Shown: piece by piece, positions 23,893-37,800 of the stretch
Layout of the letters: every line of letters starts with the position of its first letter
Numbering within the stretch: the stretch's first letter is position 1
NCBI GenBank assembly: GCA_030141605.1
Contig: JAQGDQ010002367.1
Coordinates: 868,001-932,000, forward strand
Reading direction: 5' to 3'
DNA from: Tubiluchus corallicola
Taxonomy: Eukaryota; Animalia; Priapulida
Length of the DNA: 64,000 nucleotides
Notes under the pieces: generated by a model
Database searches by the model: none
What the model was told of the DNA's origin: nothing
What the model saw: the letters and a program-made list of their open reading frames with translations, nothing else
Position numbers and translations under genes: made by a program

Positions 23893-26800
23893 CTTGCCAT
23901 GTACTGACATCTGTCCAAGCTCTATATGTTTGAATGAATGACTAGTAAGTTCTTACGTTTAACCAGGTCTTATTATATCGGCAGGCTGCAGGACCATTAG
24001 GTTAAGGTGTCTCGATTCACAGTGACTATGTAGTTCCTGCACCTTTCTAAAACTTTGTTCAAGACATGTATAAATGTATGAGAAGCCATACTGTACTTTC
24101 AAGTTACTGGTTTCTGCGACTTTCTAGACTTGGGGCTCAAGTATCTATTCCAACACAAACAATACAAATAAACCAATTCCCAAATTACGTTACTTACTTC
24201 CTCATTTTCAAGTACTGACCCGAGCCTAAAGTTCGGCCGGCCCTAAAAAAATTTCCCATAGGCCAGTTTATTGGAGAAATTGATCTGAAATACTTTACTT
24301 AACATGCAACAAAAAGAAAAAAGAAAAATCATAGTGTTGCAATTAATTCCCACAAATCGGTATTCCTACTAGGCTAAAAGTGTCAAACATCCAACAACAC
24401 TGATGACTTATGAAATCGCTGTTAGTCTAATTGAAAGACTAAATAATGCGAGTGAAACATCGTATGTTTTTATAGTATCGGAAAATTCTAACTTCAACGT
24501 AAGGGGCTAGAGGATATAATCGCGCTCCAAAACCAATTTCATTAGCTCACACATAGTCACCACATGCCTGAACGTGCCGACAAAGTTTTTACGCGAGAAA
24601 ATTTGTGATTTATGCTTTCCAATGTTTACTCAGAGAGCGTGGGAAACACCAGGTTTCTTTACGACGACGTCTTGTCTGTGCTGAGAAGCCAGTAGAAATG
24701 AATGGTCAAACTGTGGGATGTATGGCAAACTGCATCCAAATATTCCACCGTTCATTCACCATCGGAAAATACACTTATTAACGTTTGTATAGTAAAATTG
24801 TACTTTGCTGCATATGTACTTTCCTTTATAGCATATACTGAAGTAATCTTCTTTATGTAGCATTATTTGATTTGCACTTATTTGTGTTCTTAAGGGCACT
24901 TGAATTTTCTGAACTATTTTAAGCACATTGCATATGTATCCATTTTGATCTAATGTATTATGCAGTAGTTGTGTATAGGTAAAAACATGTCTGTCCTTCT
25001 TTTTGACGGGCGGTTTCTTCAGTTTTTTTGGTTGATAAAACATATTTAATCTTTAGTTTAATGTTTAGAAATATTTAAACATACTTAGTACATACTCCAA
25101 TTCAAAACTGACTGTTTATTAAAATTTTCTCAAGAATTTTACAGAGCAAGTTTAAGCAGCTTGTTGCAAATTAAGTTTAAGTAGCTTTATACTTTGAATG
25201 ACAAATTACTTTGTGTTTTAACTTATATAATTAAATATTAGTATTTTATTATTAGCATGGCGTCGTTCATTAATTATGCCACTTTAATTAAAAGACTTCC
25301 TATTTCGTGATGTGTGTGGTACCATTGGTTATTGGATTGCGTTAAATTTGTAAGTTATTCAAGTCCTTTTCAGTTTAAGAGCCTCTTTGAACTCTTTCCT
25401 AGCTTTCAATTGTGCAAACCTGTTCTGCATGCATCATCTACACTCATTAATTTAGCAGCTGATTTGCATACTGTAATAAGTGTTGCATCCAATTAACCTA
25501 AATGATTACGTGTTAGTGTATCAGTCAATCAGGAAGTCCACTCGTTCCGTCTATTTGTTATTAGTTAACGGGTGCTGTTGATTAGTGTCATCGTGCATTG
25601 TCCTTCTAGTTGAGTGACCAGTGTCCAGTGGCCCGATGGTCAACGGGAACGCGAAGTTTTATTAAATTGTGAGGCTGTATCAATAAGCATGCGCCGCTTA
25701 ATATAGAGTAGTAGGCGATGCAGTGAATTCATCCATTGATTGACTCATACATATAGGACATGCAGGGCTCTGTTATCAGCTCTAGACAGGCTGTATATAT
25801 TGAATCAATAGACAGAGCTGCTCAATAATTTGCCCAGAGCGTGAGCTATAAGCTTTTGTGTCCGAAAAAATGCTACTTCGTCCGCTTACTGTTATAAATA
25901 TTCATCAAAGAAGCCACATCGCTCGCGAGTGCTGTAGTCTGCAGGGTCAAGCCACTTCGACAATCCTTCATTGTTTAACTAAAATTTTAGAGACTTCCCT
26001 CTGTCAATAGAGGCGCAAAGCAATAACAAACTGGTTGTACAGTATGTATCATTTCATTCATTTATATATAGCTGGCTGCTTTTGGCATCAGCTATTCTTA
26101 GGCGAGCTTGGAACGAGTATTTGAAATGTGTATGCTTTGCTGCTTTTGGTTATTACACAACAGAAAAACTCTGCTACAGTATGAGAAACGAGACAATTTT
26201 TGACTGATTGGCGTTTATTTAGTTTCTCCAGCTTTTAAGCCTTGCAGTTCTTAACTAAATCAGTATTTCTCTGATTTAGTAAAACCATTTGTGTCGACGA
26301 TGACAGCGCGTGACAAGATACTACTGATTTTGGTGGTAACTGCTAACAGCTCCCTTAATGAGTTTTATCCGTTCAGGGATTTTTCTTTTTGGGCACACAA
26401 TAGTAAACCAGATGGTAGTTTGTTCTCTCTGCGTGGTTCATGTGCCTTCAGCGGCCGCTTTCCATAAAATAGTATCAAAAAGTGGTCAAATAAAGCGGAG
26501 AACGGTCAGCCAAACTTGACATGAATTTCCTGATACGTCAATTGCGCTTAGCTTATGCTGTTGGTTTATTGTACTTTAATGTATGATTTAATAGGAAGCC
26601 ATGCCTAAATTATATAACAAATATTGCTTCAAACTACACGGATGTACATGAAATAGATCGCTAAACTGTGTTCTGTGTTTGGAAAATTATTTCCATTCAA
26701 TATGAAGGAACATTGCATATTTGGAAGTTTGTTTACTGTGTACCAGGTCCAAAATTGCTTTGCTCTTTATAGATTTCTCTTTTTGAATGGTTTCAGTGAA

Positions 26801-28522
26801 TCAGTTAACATTAGCGTCAATTATTTGCACGACGACACTCATAATAAAATTTATAACTTCTGTTATTGACTAAACTATAGGTTTCACCCTTTAGCTTCAA
26901 GAGTCTAATACGTCTTGTCCATAATATGTCCATTGCCCATCAGTTAGGTTCCTAACTGGCTAACTCATACAGAAATAGAACTGTATTGATGGCGTTTTCC
27001 GGCACTCATCGAATAAAAATATTTTGCATTATTTGTCGTTAAAACGGTTTTGTTTGTTTTTTAATGGAAAAAGGAAAGCACTTGATACGTAAGTGTACAC
27101 TTATTTCAAACAACTCTTGCAAATACAAGAGCAACATCTGTATATGTGTTTCTTTGCTAATAAATAATAAATAGTAATAATGGGTTAATGGTCTGCAAGA
27201 GCACTTATTATTCGCCGACTAATGTATTTTATACTTTATTTTTGTTTATTCTTAAAAGAATCTTAATACACACGCACACCAGCTAAGGTGTTTGGAACTA
27301 TCAAGTTCAATGTCATGCTAAGTTATGTCCAGTCATTCCAGCGTGTTGCTGTTTCCGACCACTCTGTACTCTAACAGTTCGAGAAAACCGAAATTCTTTC
27401 GTCCTTTTAATTCAGATTTAATTACAGAAAGCGGTTGTAATATTGCCTTTCTTATGTAATGTGGCAAATTAGTCATTGCACGCATACCTTTTCTATTTTT
27501 TTGCATGACTCTTTGGGCTTCAAACCAGCAACTGTGTTTCTCCAGCGAGCGTAACGAGTTTCCCCAGGGAATCGTTTTAAAACAACAGACCGCTAATGAT
27601 ACGAGAAACTGTGACAATACTGTAAATGTTGATTCGTTCCGCAGTTTTTCCTGGCTAACATTTTACTTTATTAAACTGAACGCATCTGCTTTGTGCGATC
27701 ATGTGCTTTGTCAAAACTGAAAGTCGCCGACCTTTTGATCTGCAGCTCGTTCAACCCTTTAATATCATCTAGTGCTGCAATTAGAATAACGTAGTGGACT
27801 GGGTCGAGTACCTTTATTCTTTTATTATGAATTTTTATTTATCTTTCAAACTTATATCTTTAAAAAGTATATTCATTGTGATGATGCTGTAATTCATGAC
27901 GGGCGCTGTTACTGGAGCCGTCAATTTTGTAATTATTACAAGCTCTAAAACTAATTACATGTCGTCGCATAATTATTGATGTAGTTAGGTGAGGTAGTTA
28001 TCCTACTAAGGAAATGAGTACTTCGGTATAATAAAGACAATCAACAAGACAGCCATGCAATTGCAAAAATCGCAATCAAAATGATTTTATTTTGTCCTAT
28101 GTCGAATTCAGCAAAAATTCCTGAACGAGATGTCTCTGACACAAAATGGTAAAAAAAATTTGCAGATACTTTAAGACGTTCTAATCGTTTTTACCAGCAA
28201 CGACGTCGTTTGACTGGCTTCATTACCCCGTATCCTGTCTAAACAACTCCTTCTACTGATAACCCTGGTTAAAATGCTATGTAGCGAGTCTAATCAATCT
28301 TTGGCCAGCGCTCAGAAGATTGGGAAGCACCCGCAACTTTTCCAATTACGCCTAACAGAACGCGGAAATTAGTCTGATTTTTACTTGTTTCGTGCACACT
28401 GATTACGCAGTTAAATGTAGCGCAATGTTTCTGAGTTAAAAATTCCTCGGTAAAACTTGGAAAGAATTTTCTAATTGTTGGTACTGCGAATTTGATAAGC
28501 AGTAACTTATATCCTCAATTGT

Positions 28523-29305
28523 CAAAGCTGGCTCTACCGCCACTTGGCAAACTAGGCAGTTGCCTAGGCCGCTAAATTTTGGGGGGCGACAAATTCTGCA
28601 AGTAATTCCTTAATTTTTACTTTTAACTTAAGTAATAACATAGTGACTGACGCGTTACCAAGTTCTTGTCCACAGTTTATATTATATGCATAGGACAGGA
28701 GACAAAGTAATGAATTCCATTAATAAAAAAGTTTCTTGCTTTAGCTTTTATCTAATTATGGCAAATAAACCTATAAGAATCGAAGCCGTCATGAGCATAA
28801 TACATTATAATACAGGAAACTAAAAGTAAAAAAGCCGGTGTACATCGGCAAAATTTTAAATATAGTACATGTATTTGCAAACAGACTAGAGTTATATAGT
28901 TGTGAAGGTGATGATGTCAATCATATCAGTGAAATGGATGTATATGAAAAAAGGAGTCAGACCCAGTCAGAGTTTCAAATTTTTCTGATAAAACGGCTAA
29001 GTGAAAATCTAGCCATGAGAATGTACATGAAGACCGCGTAGCAGAAATTGTAGAAATTTTAATTGCTCCTGAAGATGCAGGAAGCACAAGCTCAATTTCA
29101 AATGTAGACAGATAATTGACTTTACTTAATTACACTACATAATGCGTGAATAGGCCCAACACCCAAGTACCGTTATAGTTTAATACATTCAACAAAAATT
29201 CGATTTTGTAGGTGGGTGCATGGGGTCTGTGGGGAAACAGTTGACCGTTGAGGAGGGGGCGCTAAAAATACTTTTGCTTAGAGCATTAAATTAGAGCCGA
29301 CCCTG
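28523..29305. mobile_element. hAT-like MITE (CAGGGCCGGCTCTA-type)
   Basis: caaagctggctcta ... tagagccgaccctg, degenerate 8-bp TSD tcaattgt/tccattat, GGGGGCG subterminal motifs. Confidence 0.55.
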
Positions 29306-32300
29306 TCCATTATTATAATATGTATTCATGGTGTGGATATAACGTGAAATTTTCACGCTACAGTATATCAAGTTAAACAAGAAATTTTCGTGCAATATCA
29401 AGTTACACGCGCAAAATTTTAATACGTTGTGTCTGACGTAATTTTAGTCAAATAACAGGCCGCCTTAAGCATTTTTATGCGAACCACATTTCGTTTTAAG
29501 AAAATAAAGAACAAATACACCTCAAATCATTTCTTGAAATAAGTTACCCTCCATTAGGCAAAGACACCATACGTTTTATTTGGGCGCTGTCTCTTTATTA
29601 ACAAAAACCAGAAGATAAATTTGGTTACTCGCCTTATTATAATTTGCCGTGGTTGACTGCGAGCAATCTGTTGCTAGATTATCTTTGCCAGTCATATTGT
29701 TTTTCTTTGACAGTATGGATGCCGTCTCATCTGCGAGCTGCTTAATATTCATGCGTCTCAGCTCCCCTGGGTCATCTCCGTTTCGTCAAATTACCAAACC
29801 GATTCTTACATTAGCATTAATCTCTTTGAAGCTATGTTCAAAAGCAACAAGCGGGTGTAGCATTTACTTAGATTACTGTATGGTCTCCACACGTCCTGAA
29901 GTTCGTGAATACGTCTAATCAACGGCCGCTGTTTGTTCTTTATATTTGACATGGCGTGTAGGAGTGTGTGGCATTGAGCACGAAATGTTGAAAGTACCAA
30001 TTCCTTTGTTTCTTTAACTTTTACGTCTTCATTTTATTCTTCAGGTTCTTGACAGTGAACTCGAGGTTGAGAACGAAAGTTGTGGCTTTTGAGGGTGGCT
30101 CTTTATTTAGATGAACGTGTAAGACGTACATATATATATATATATATATGCCTTCATTCACTTAAACTTTTTGTGAGACGTACTGAGTAAAAAGCTTTTA
30201 GTGACTTTTACTCGAACAGGGTTGTTGTTTCTTATCTGAAAAACTTTCAAACAAAATTAAATTTAAGTAGATTTTTGATTTTTTAATAGGCACTATAAGT
30301 GCAAGCGTCTCCCAAGTATCTTTGATTTGATGATTTTTTTGTGTAAATACTTGTTTTTAATAATTGTCTGTGTGTGTGTGTGTGTGTGTGTGTGCTGTGA
30401 AATAAAGTATGTACATTAAATTAAATTAATAAGTCCACGACATGTATTATGTACAATACTATCTAATACAGCTAAGTAAAAGCTCTTGAATTTGTAATAA
30501 ATTGGTGAAAATGCAGTATTTAAGTAATCATGAAATGCAAGTTAAAAGCAATAGTTTAAAACCATTTTACGAGCTTCAAAAATGCAATTGAATTTACTTT
30601 TTCATTTCGTTTGTCAAGTGCTTAAACAAGTACTTTCTGATGCAGTGCGAACATTTTTAACTAATTGTATTGTAAAACTTAGCAATGGGAAAACTTCATA
30701 CAAAAGTCTGGCCTCTGAGTTTTGCTAATTGTTGACTTATAGGATATTTTTTATTTTAAATTTATTACATACATTTAAAAATACATTGATTTGATGTTAC
30801 GTTGATATACAACCCACATTCTCACTATTTACTGAAAGATTTGTTTTACTTCTATACTGCGTACGTACAGACTTTATTTAAAGTCGGTTTTCACAACAAT
30901 AAACATTAGCACATGTGCCGGTTTTCACCGACAAAATAAGTGTATTAAAGGTGCGTTTTCTGTAAATATGCCAACTTATTTTGTCCTTGTTTCATTAAAA
31001 CACGCTGTGATTAAATACGGATCTAAAAAGTCCACGACGGGTATTGTATTTTCTGTCTGGTGTAAAACGCAGTTTGTATGTTACACTTGGATGTGAACTT
31101 TAGCAACAATTTTGCGAGAAGCACAGTAAAAACTAGTGATTACTTGCCATTTTGAAATGATTTGCACTAACAAATTGCCGAGTCCTCTATTCGGAAGCCC
31201 TAATTGAGTTAATTCTCCAACTAGCGCAAATGAGATTACTAGTAGCTGATTTAAGCGCATCAGATACTTTCAAGAATTTTGCAGCATGCGAGTTCAGTCG
31301 CAGTTCCTCGTATGATTTGCTCCACAGCTATTTTTTCTTGTTGGACTTTTAATATTCAAGTCCTTGAGCACTCTTTGAAGAGTTGATCTGTATTCACTTA
31401 GTTTGCGTGTAAAAATTTTGTAACATTTTTGTGGCGGTCAGTAGATTTTCTTGCTCGAGTCTGTTGTACGGTACAGTGACGCATTAAACTCATGTAGGCG
31501 AGAAGCTCAATTTTCACAACAAAGAATAACTCGTTCTTAACAGGGCTCAAGCGCATTCCTCACTCCAGCTTCTTTAAGCCCAGAATTCGCAAGTAGACGG
31601 GTTCATCCCGAGGTTATGATTTGAATCCAACTCAAGAAAACAATGAGATTCTGTACATTTCCCGAAGAAATGAGACTTTATATACGAAATACAAATCTCC
31701 ACCAAGCAAGGCCAGCAGATAAACCTACTCAGTAACAAGACTAGTGAGAACGTGAATAATGTGTAAAAATATAATTCTTCTAAGTGATTTGCTAGTGATG
31801 GGGAGGTATTCGTTTTTCTTGATGCAATGAGACTGTAGTTAACAAAGAAACAAGTTTCTAATTAAAACTACCTTTATGACAACTTATAAGGAGATGTGTG
31901 GCCTAGTTGTCGTGGCGTTTAAGTTCTAAAGTTAACTTCTAAAAATGTAATTACTTCTTGAGCACCTCAATGCGATTTTCAGCTTGGCACCTTGGGTACA
32001 TAATAAATATGTTATTACTTATTCATAAAGTATTTTGAAGTTTTGTGCTGCAATGGTGTTGTGGCTGCATTTAATAAATTAAAATAAAAAATTTGTGTAA
32101 TCTGAAGGTCCTTCTTTTTTCAAATCCAAGTTTAACTCTGACTTAGTCACGTCTCCCTTTCTTTTGGTTGGTGTGTTATTTTAATAATTCTGGTTCCATA
32201 TTCTTGAAATTAATATTGTGAATACATGTACTTAATATTGCTGCCGCTGTTGGTGGGTTATAAATTGTACAAAGCAAATTTCACCATAATAAGTCGGTTT

Positions 32301-33272
32301 CTTTGCTGACTATTTTGTCACACAATTAATTTATCAACTGGAAAAACGTTGAAGGTTATTACCAGATGTAAAGTTTTGTTAAACCTCGCGAATTTAGTAA
32401 GTTTGTTAACGGTTCAGTTTTACACATGATCTTATTTGTGTTTAATTTCGTTTGTATACTATTTGAGAATTGAATTGAAAACATCGGGTACTGCAACGTG
32501 AACACAGCTTACGAGTTCACTAAACGATAACACGTTTTTTAGAAAAATAAAGCAGACTTTGTGGCAAAAGCCGTTTAATTTTGAAACACATTTTCTGCTC
32601 ATGGTTAAGAAGTGCCACATGCTTTATTGATACTTTCCACTTTTGTAGGGAGCCGGTTCCCACAAATTGCCCTCATCTGTGCATCGTCAGACAGATGAGG
32701 AGCAGCCGTGTCATTTTTTGACAGCCCTGTAGTAGACAAGAGTTATTTTCTGAGCAGCTGGTCGTATGGAAAAGCAGGAATCGTGTTTACTGTAGGTCAT
32801 CGTACACTCGTTTCAATCTCAGATTTTCAGTTAGCGTGTGGTTAAAACCATTTTATAGAGAATCCTGAAGTATTTTATGAAATGATGTAGCTTTTTTATA
32901 TAGTTGGGAAGAACAACTATCGGATTTTTATTGTAGAAAATACATGTCAAATAGCTATTGAAAAGTTACAATTGTTATATCATTGTCGTTTTGATTGGCA
33001 TTTCATCATTGTAGTTTGTTTGGTGATTAAAAGATAAACAATTTTAATTTTAATCTTAAAAGATGTAGTTAAAATGTGTTCACATGGTTATTTAACATTA
33101 TTCCAAATTAAGTCATATTAAGTCATAAATTTCACATCGTGGCTGACTCCTATTGTTAGTAGGCCTATTTCACGTTTTTGCCGATCACATTACAAACAGA
33201 TTGTTGAACCCACTCCTGCTGAACGTTCAGCGATACAGATGGGCACCTACAGCAATTTTGAATGTGATCACC

Positions 33273-33764
33273 AGGACCGGGTTAAGGCTTCAAGAGGCCC
33301 TAAGCATTGAAAAGGTTACGGTACCCCATAAATGTGTAATTCAGAATAGAAACAATATTAAATTGCAAAATGAAATTTTATCTCTCGAAATGAAAAGAAT
33401 TTGCAGTAAAATTTATTTACAGTAGTCACGTAGTCATCATCACCACTAGGTGATAGAATACATACAGTCAAAAGTAACATTATCCTGTTTATAGTACACC
33501 AGATTGTTATAAGCATTACCACACTTCAAATATATTATCACTCATGTCATAAATGTATCAATCCATGTCATCATATGGGCACTGAGCAGTTCAGTAGCCA
33601 GAATCTGTGCCCATCCTTACCGCCATATTGTAAACTAACACAAAAACCGTTACGCATATTTCGGTAAATTTTACTTCTGGGTAATTATTCGATTTCAAAA
33701 AACTGTGTGGCCCCTCTTCCCCTGGTGCCTTTAGTACGTGCTTATTTTGCTTAGTTCTGAGCTG
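33273..33764. mobile_element. Degenerate hAT-like MITE
   Basis: Left end CAGGACCGGGTTAAGG..GGCCCTAAGC resembles the 23510 element. Right end eroded. Confidence 0.4.
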
Positions 33765-34476
33765 GTCATCCACAGCAACATCGGCGGTGACGACGTCAGG
33801 ATTGAATGACTACTTGGACCCTTTTCTTGAAATGGTTCCAGTAACACTTACGAGGTAACATTTCACATGGGCCCGGCTTTCTTACTTGTTATTAAATTTT
33901 GGTGGTTTATTTTCTTTCGCTGAATTTGTTGTTTTAGCACACATAGAAAGCAATTCCGAAGTCTCATAGACACAACAATTTTTAGACCAACATTTTTTAG
34001 TGTTCATGTTTTCCAACAAGGCGTGCTTACCCATCCAATTTTTCAAACTTTGTTTTTTGGAAATATTGTTTCTAAATGATTGACTTTACTGCTTTGTTAT
34101 TTCATAAACTGTTTAACTAAACTTTCGTTTTATTAGCATCAGTAATATGTAAAATGTTTTGAAAGTCAGAAGAAACCATGACATTTCATATGAAATTATG
34201 GCTAAGAGGCCTCTGCTGCTTCAGTATCTCATCTTCAAAAGATTAACCTTGTTAATGGACCAGATTTCGATTCCGCCACAAGCATCAACATCGAGCAAAC
34301 CTACCATTGGGTGCTAGATCTAACTTGCAGAATGCCAAGGGTTATAATAAAAAATAAGTACTGAAAACGTCTTAAATTTGTTTCATATTAATTTTCTCAT
34401 TTTAAATTTTTTCTGTTCATAATTATTGTGTTATCAAACTGTCCTTTTTTAAATTTAGTGTCCCGGAACTAACAGG

Positions 34477-34887
34477 CAGGGCTGGAGTACCCTATGGGCT
34501 TGTATAGGCTGCAGTCAGGGCCCCTCAAGCTTGGGGGCTCCCACTTTGCATTGCTGAATAATTCATATTACTTAAAATAAAATTTCAACTTTAAAAAAAC
34601 GGGACCGGGAAGTCTTGAAAATCCAATTTTAAAGTGGCTCCTCATTTGAAATAAATGGTCCCTGTTTGAGGCCCTTTATTAGAGACAAATGGCCCTTGTT
34701 TCAGGCCCTTTATATGAGATATACGCCCTTCTTTGAAGCCCTTTGTTTGAAATATAGGGCTCCCAACTATGCAATTGTTGCTAAAATATACCACAAGCAA
34801 AAATATTCGAGACGAGTGCGGGCAAATTGGAGGGTGCACCATAATTTCATTAACCTAGGGGCTCCAAAAGGTCATAATCCGGCCCTG
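34477..34887. mobile_element. hAT MITE with internal ~33-bp tandem subrepeats
   Basis: CAGGGCTGGAGTA ... TAATCCGGCCCTG TIR, 8-bp TSD ctaacagg/ctaacaga. Confidence 0.8.
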
Positions 34888-37800
34888 CTAACAGATTGCC
34901 AATAATCAAGGGTTTATCCATAGTATGTATCAGCGAATAAGAGCTTAGCTCACTAATTATCTAAAGTCAAATAAGCATGTGGTTAAAATTAGTCTAGACA
35001 TTTTAAAGTAAAGGTTAAATGCAATTTGTATCGTAATGGCTTCTGGTACTTGTTTTCCTAGCTCCGTGATGACATTCTCATTTCAACACCTCTTTTCATT
35101 AAGACTCGCGCTCGCTACATAATGCAAAGTTAAACTGAGCTTTTTCTTCTTTAAAGCTGATATTAGACAAACTGATTTATTTTCAAGCTGTCTGTTGAAA
35201 ACCATTCCTTGCTTGTTGGCCTGCACGTTGTGTGCCATGTGTGCTGAACATGGGGAATCTTCTAGGGAAGTTACCCATTACATTTTGATTTATAAAGTTT
35301 GTGTTTGTTTCCGAGGAATTCTAATCTACGCGTTGTTTATCGATTAGTAGTAGTAGTCAAAATGTTTATATGCCGTAAAAGAATTGCGTGAAAATACAAT
35401 TCTTAGTGTAGTTGTTTTAAACACAAATTACTACTGAAGACAAATGCTTCCAATTCAAATTAATTAACAATAATAAAAACGTGTGTATCTAAAAACCGCA
35501 TATACACGGGGGCCTGTAAAGTTTCAAACTACAGTGTATACCTGTTTAGACGGAGCGAAGCTTTACTAAAAACTTCACTGTGTTAAATTATTGTGTATTT
35601 ACAGTACGTTAAATTTCTAAATTGTCTATGTAATTTATGTAAGTTAATACAAAAAAATTATACTGTACATAAGTATTTACACACTGCTTTGCCAAAATCA
35701 ACTCTTACATCCTTCCACTCACGTAATAAATATCCTGTCATAGAACAAGAATGACGATGGCGGTGACGGTGGACGACAATGCTGGATGGCGTTAAAAGCA
35801 GCGTTGCTGACGACGGCATTTAAGGCGCCAATAGTGGTCACTACTGTATTAATGATCATGATGACTACAACGACAGTAACGATGATGTCGTGAAGGAAGC
35901 AATGATGATAGACACTTAAAATTAGTGAAATAAGTCGATCTTGACCTTAGGGGTTTGAATATGACAATTTGGAACAGTGCAGTTATTGTGGTACACCTTT
36001 GCACATGTCGTGGTACAAGCAATAACATCAGGACATTGCATGCATGGAATTCTTCGAATTTGGAACCTCATTTTTAGTTAGCTCATGCTTCTACATCTTG
36101 CGTCATTTAGCTATAGTTGGTCTGGATTGAATATGACTGGTTTCTCCTAACGTTTTGTTGACAAAAATAATGTGCACCGGGGGAATGGCCGCATGCTTGG
36201 GTAATTAAGCGGTGTCTTTCAGCGGGCAGGCTGTTTGTAAATCAGTGGCTTCTTTTACTAGCCGTTCTTTGTTCTCTATTGGCAGCCATTAGTGGCTTCA
36301 GTACATATGTGTTTTAAGCTTCAAGTTAATTAAAACGATAATTAGTAATAAAGAATACAGGATTAAATTAACTGGCTAAGACTAAGCTGTCAGTAGCAGG
36401 GTTTCTCAGTTGTATTGATTGCGGGCACGTTGGCCTTGACATGCAAAAAACATCACGTTTCTGCTGAAATGTTTCTTGGCCTTGTGATGTAAAAAACATC
36501 ATGCTGAAATGTTTCTCAACCGCGCGCTTAATTTATAACAGAGTGCGAGGAAGTATGTTTACTTTTGAAAATATGGGGCTCAGTTGGAAAATTGTTGAAA
36601 ACATTGTGCATAAATTGCACTTGTGTAACAAAATAACAAACTATAAAAATATAATAGTGTTCTTCTGAGAACTAAATTGCCTGACTTGCCAAAATAGCAA
36701 ACAGTATTTAAATGACAAATTGTTAAAGGCATGATAATTTCTAGTTTTTTTTTCTACTTTTTGCTACGGCATTCGTAGTGAAGTGTGACACGTATAACAC
36801 GTCACTAAACTCAAGTGGTCTAATTGTTAGTACTAAGTTAGTATTTCGAAGATTTGCACGGTGCTGGATAGTTTCCAAATTTACGATCTGCGTAGTTTCT
36901 GGCTATTATTTGTGGATTTTTAGGTTACATTGCCTTGAATTTTGCTATTTAAGCAACGTGGTTAAACCTCCATTAAGAGTTCTAAAGCTCTTTGCTACAG
37001 ATCAGTAAGTAAGAATACTCTCAATAGATAATATATGCCGCCTTATACTAACGCTAACGTACGCTGCATTTAGGATGACGCCACTAGTAACAGAGCATTA
37101 CTCATGCTCTGAACATATTAAGTTATACTGACAGTTGGCTAAAAACACGAAATTATACTTGAGCTTAAACCTGGCAGTAGCTTACGTAAATTTAATGAAG
37201 GTGGACCACTATTAATATTCCTTTTGTACATGGTGAATGTTATGCTCAATGGTAAGGCGTGAGCGAGAGAGAGAGAGAGAGCGAGAGAGAGAAAGAGAGA
37301 GGAGGGTGGAGGTCTATAGGTTAGGAAGGAGAGACGCCGTACCTGTTAAGATGTGTTACATTTAGCATACCAACTTTTTCTACAAGTATATGTTTGTAAT
37401 TTAACGGTTTTTTCTTTGTTTGTTGATGTGATTTCTCTAAACGACCTTGGTTGTTACTGGACCGTGACGCATATGTGTGTGTCATCATTTCACGATGAAA
37501 GGGAAGCCACAAGAACGCGTATATATTATACAGAATCCTGGCTTCTGGCATGTTGTAAAATCTTGGTTTTTAGCTTCTACGTTATACACACGCGCTGCTT
37601 AACATTCTTGCTAAATTCTTGCGCACTTATTTGACACCGTGTTTCGTCGGGCGTTCATCTGCACACATTTGTTTTTATTATTACGTCTATGAATATGACA
37701 AATCACCCGGAAATGAAATAAGATATAGCGCACAGCTGTTCATTTCTTTCTGAAGCCAGTTAGCTTGGGTCTCTCGTGGCCTCCATTTATACATGTGTGG

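Noticed and set aside
27985-28010. let-7-like TGAGGTAGT
   Set aside because: Only the first 9 nt match and there is no precursor hairpin.
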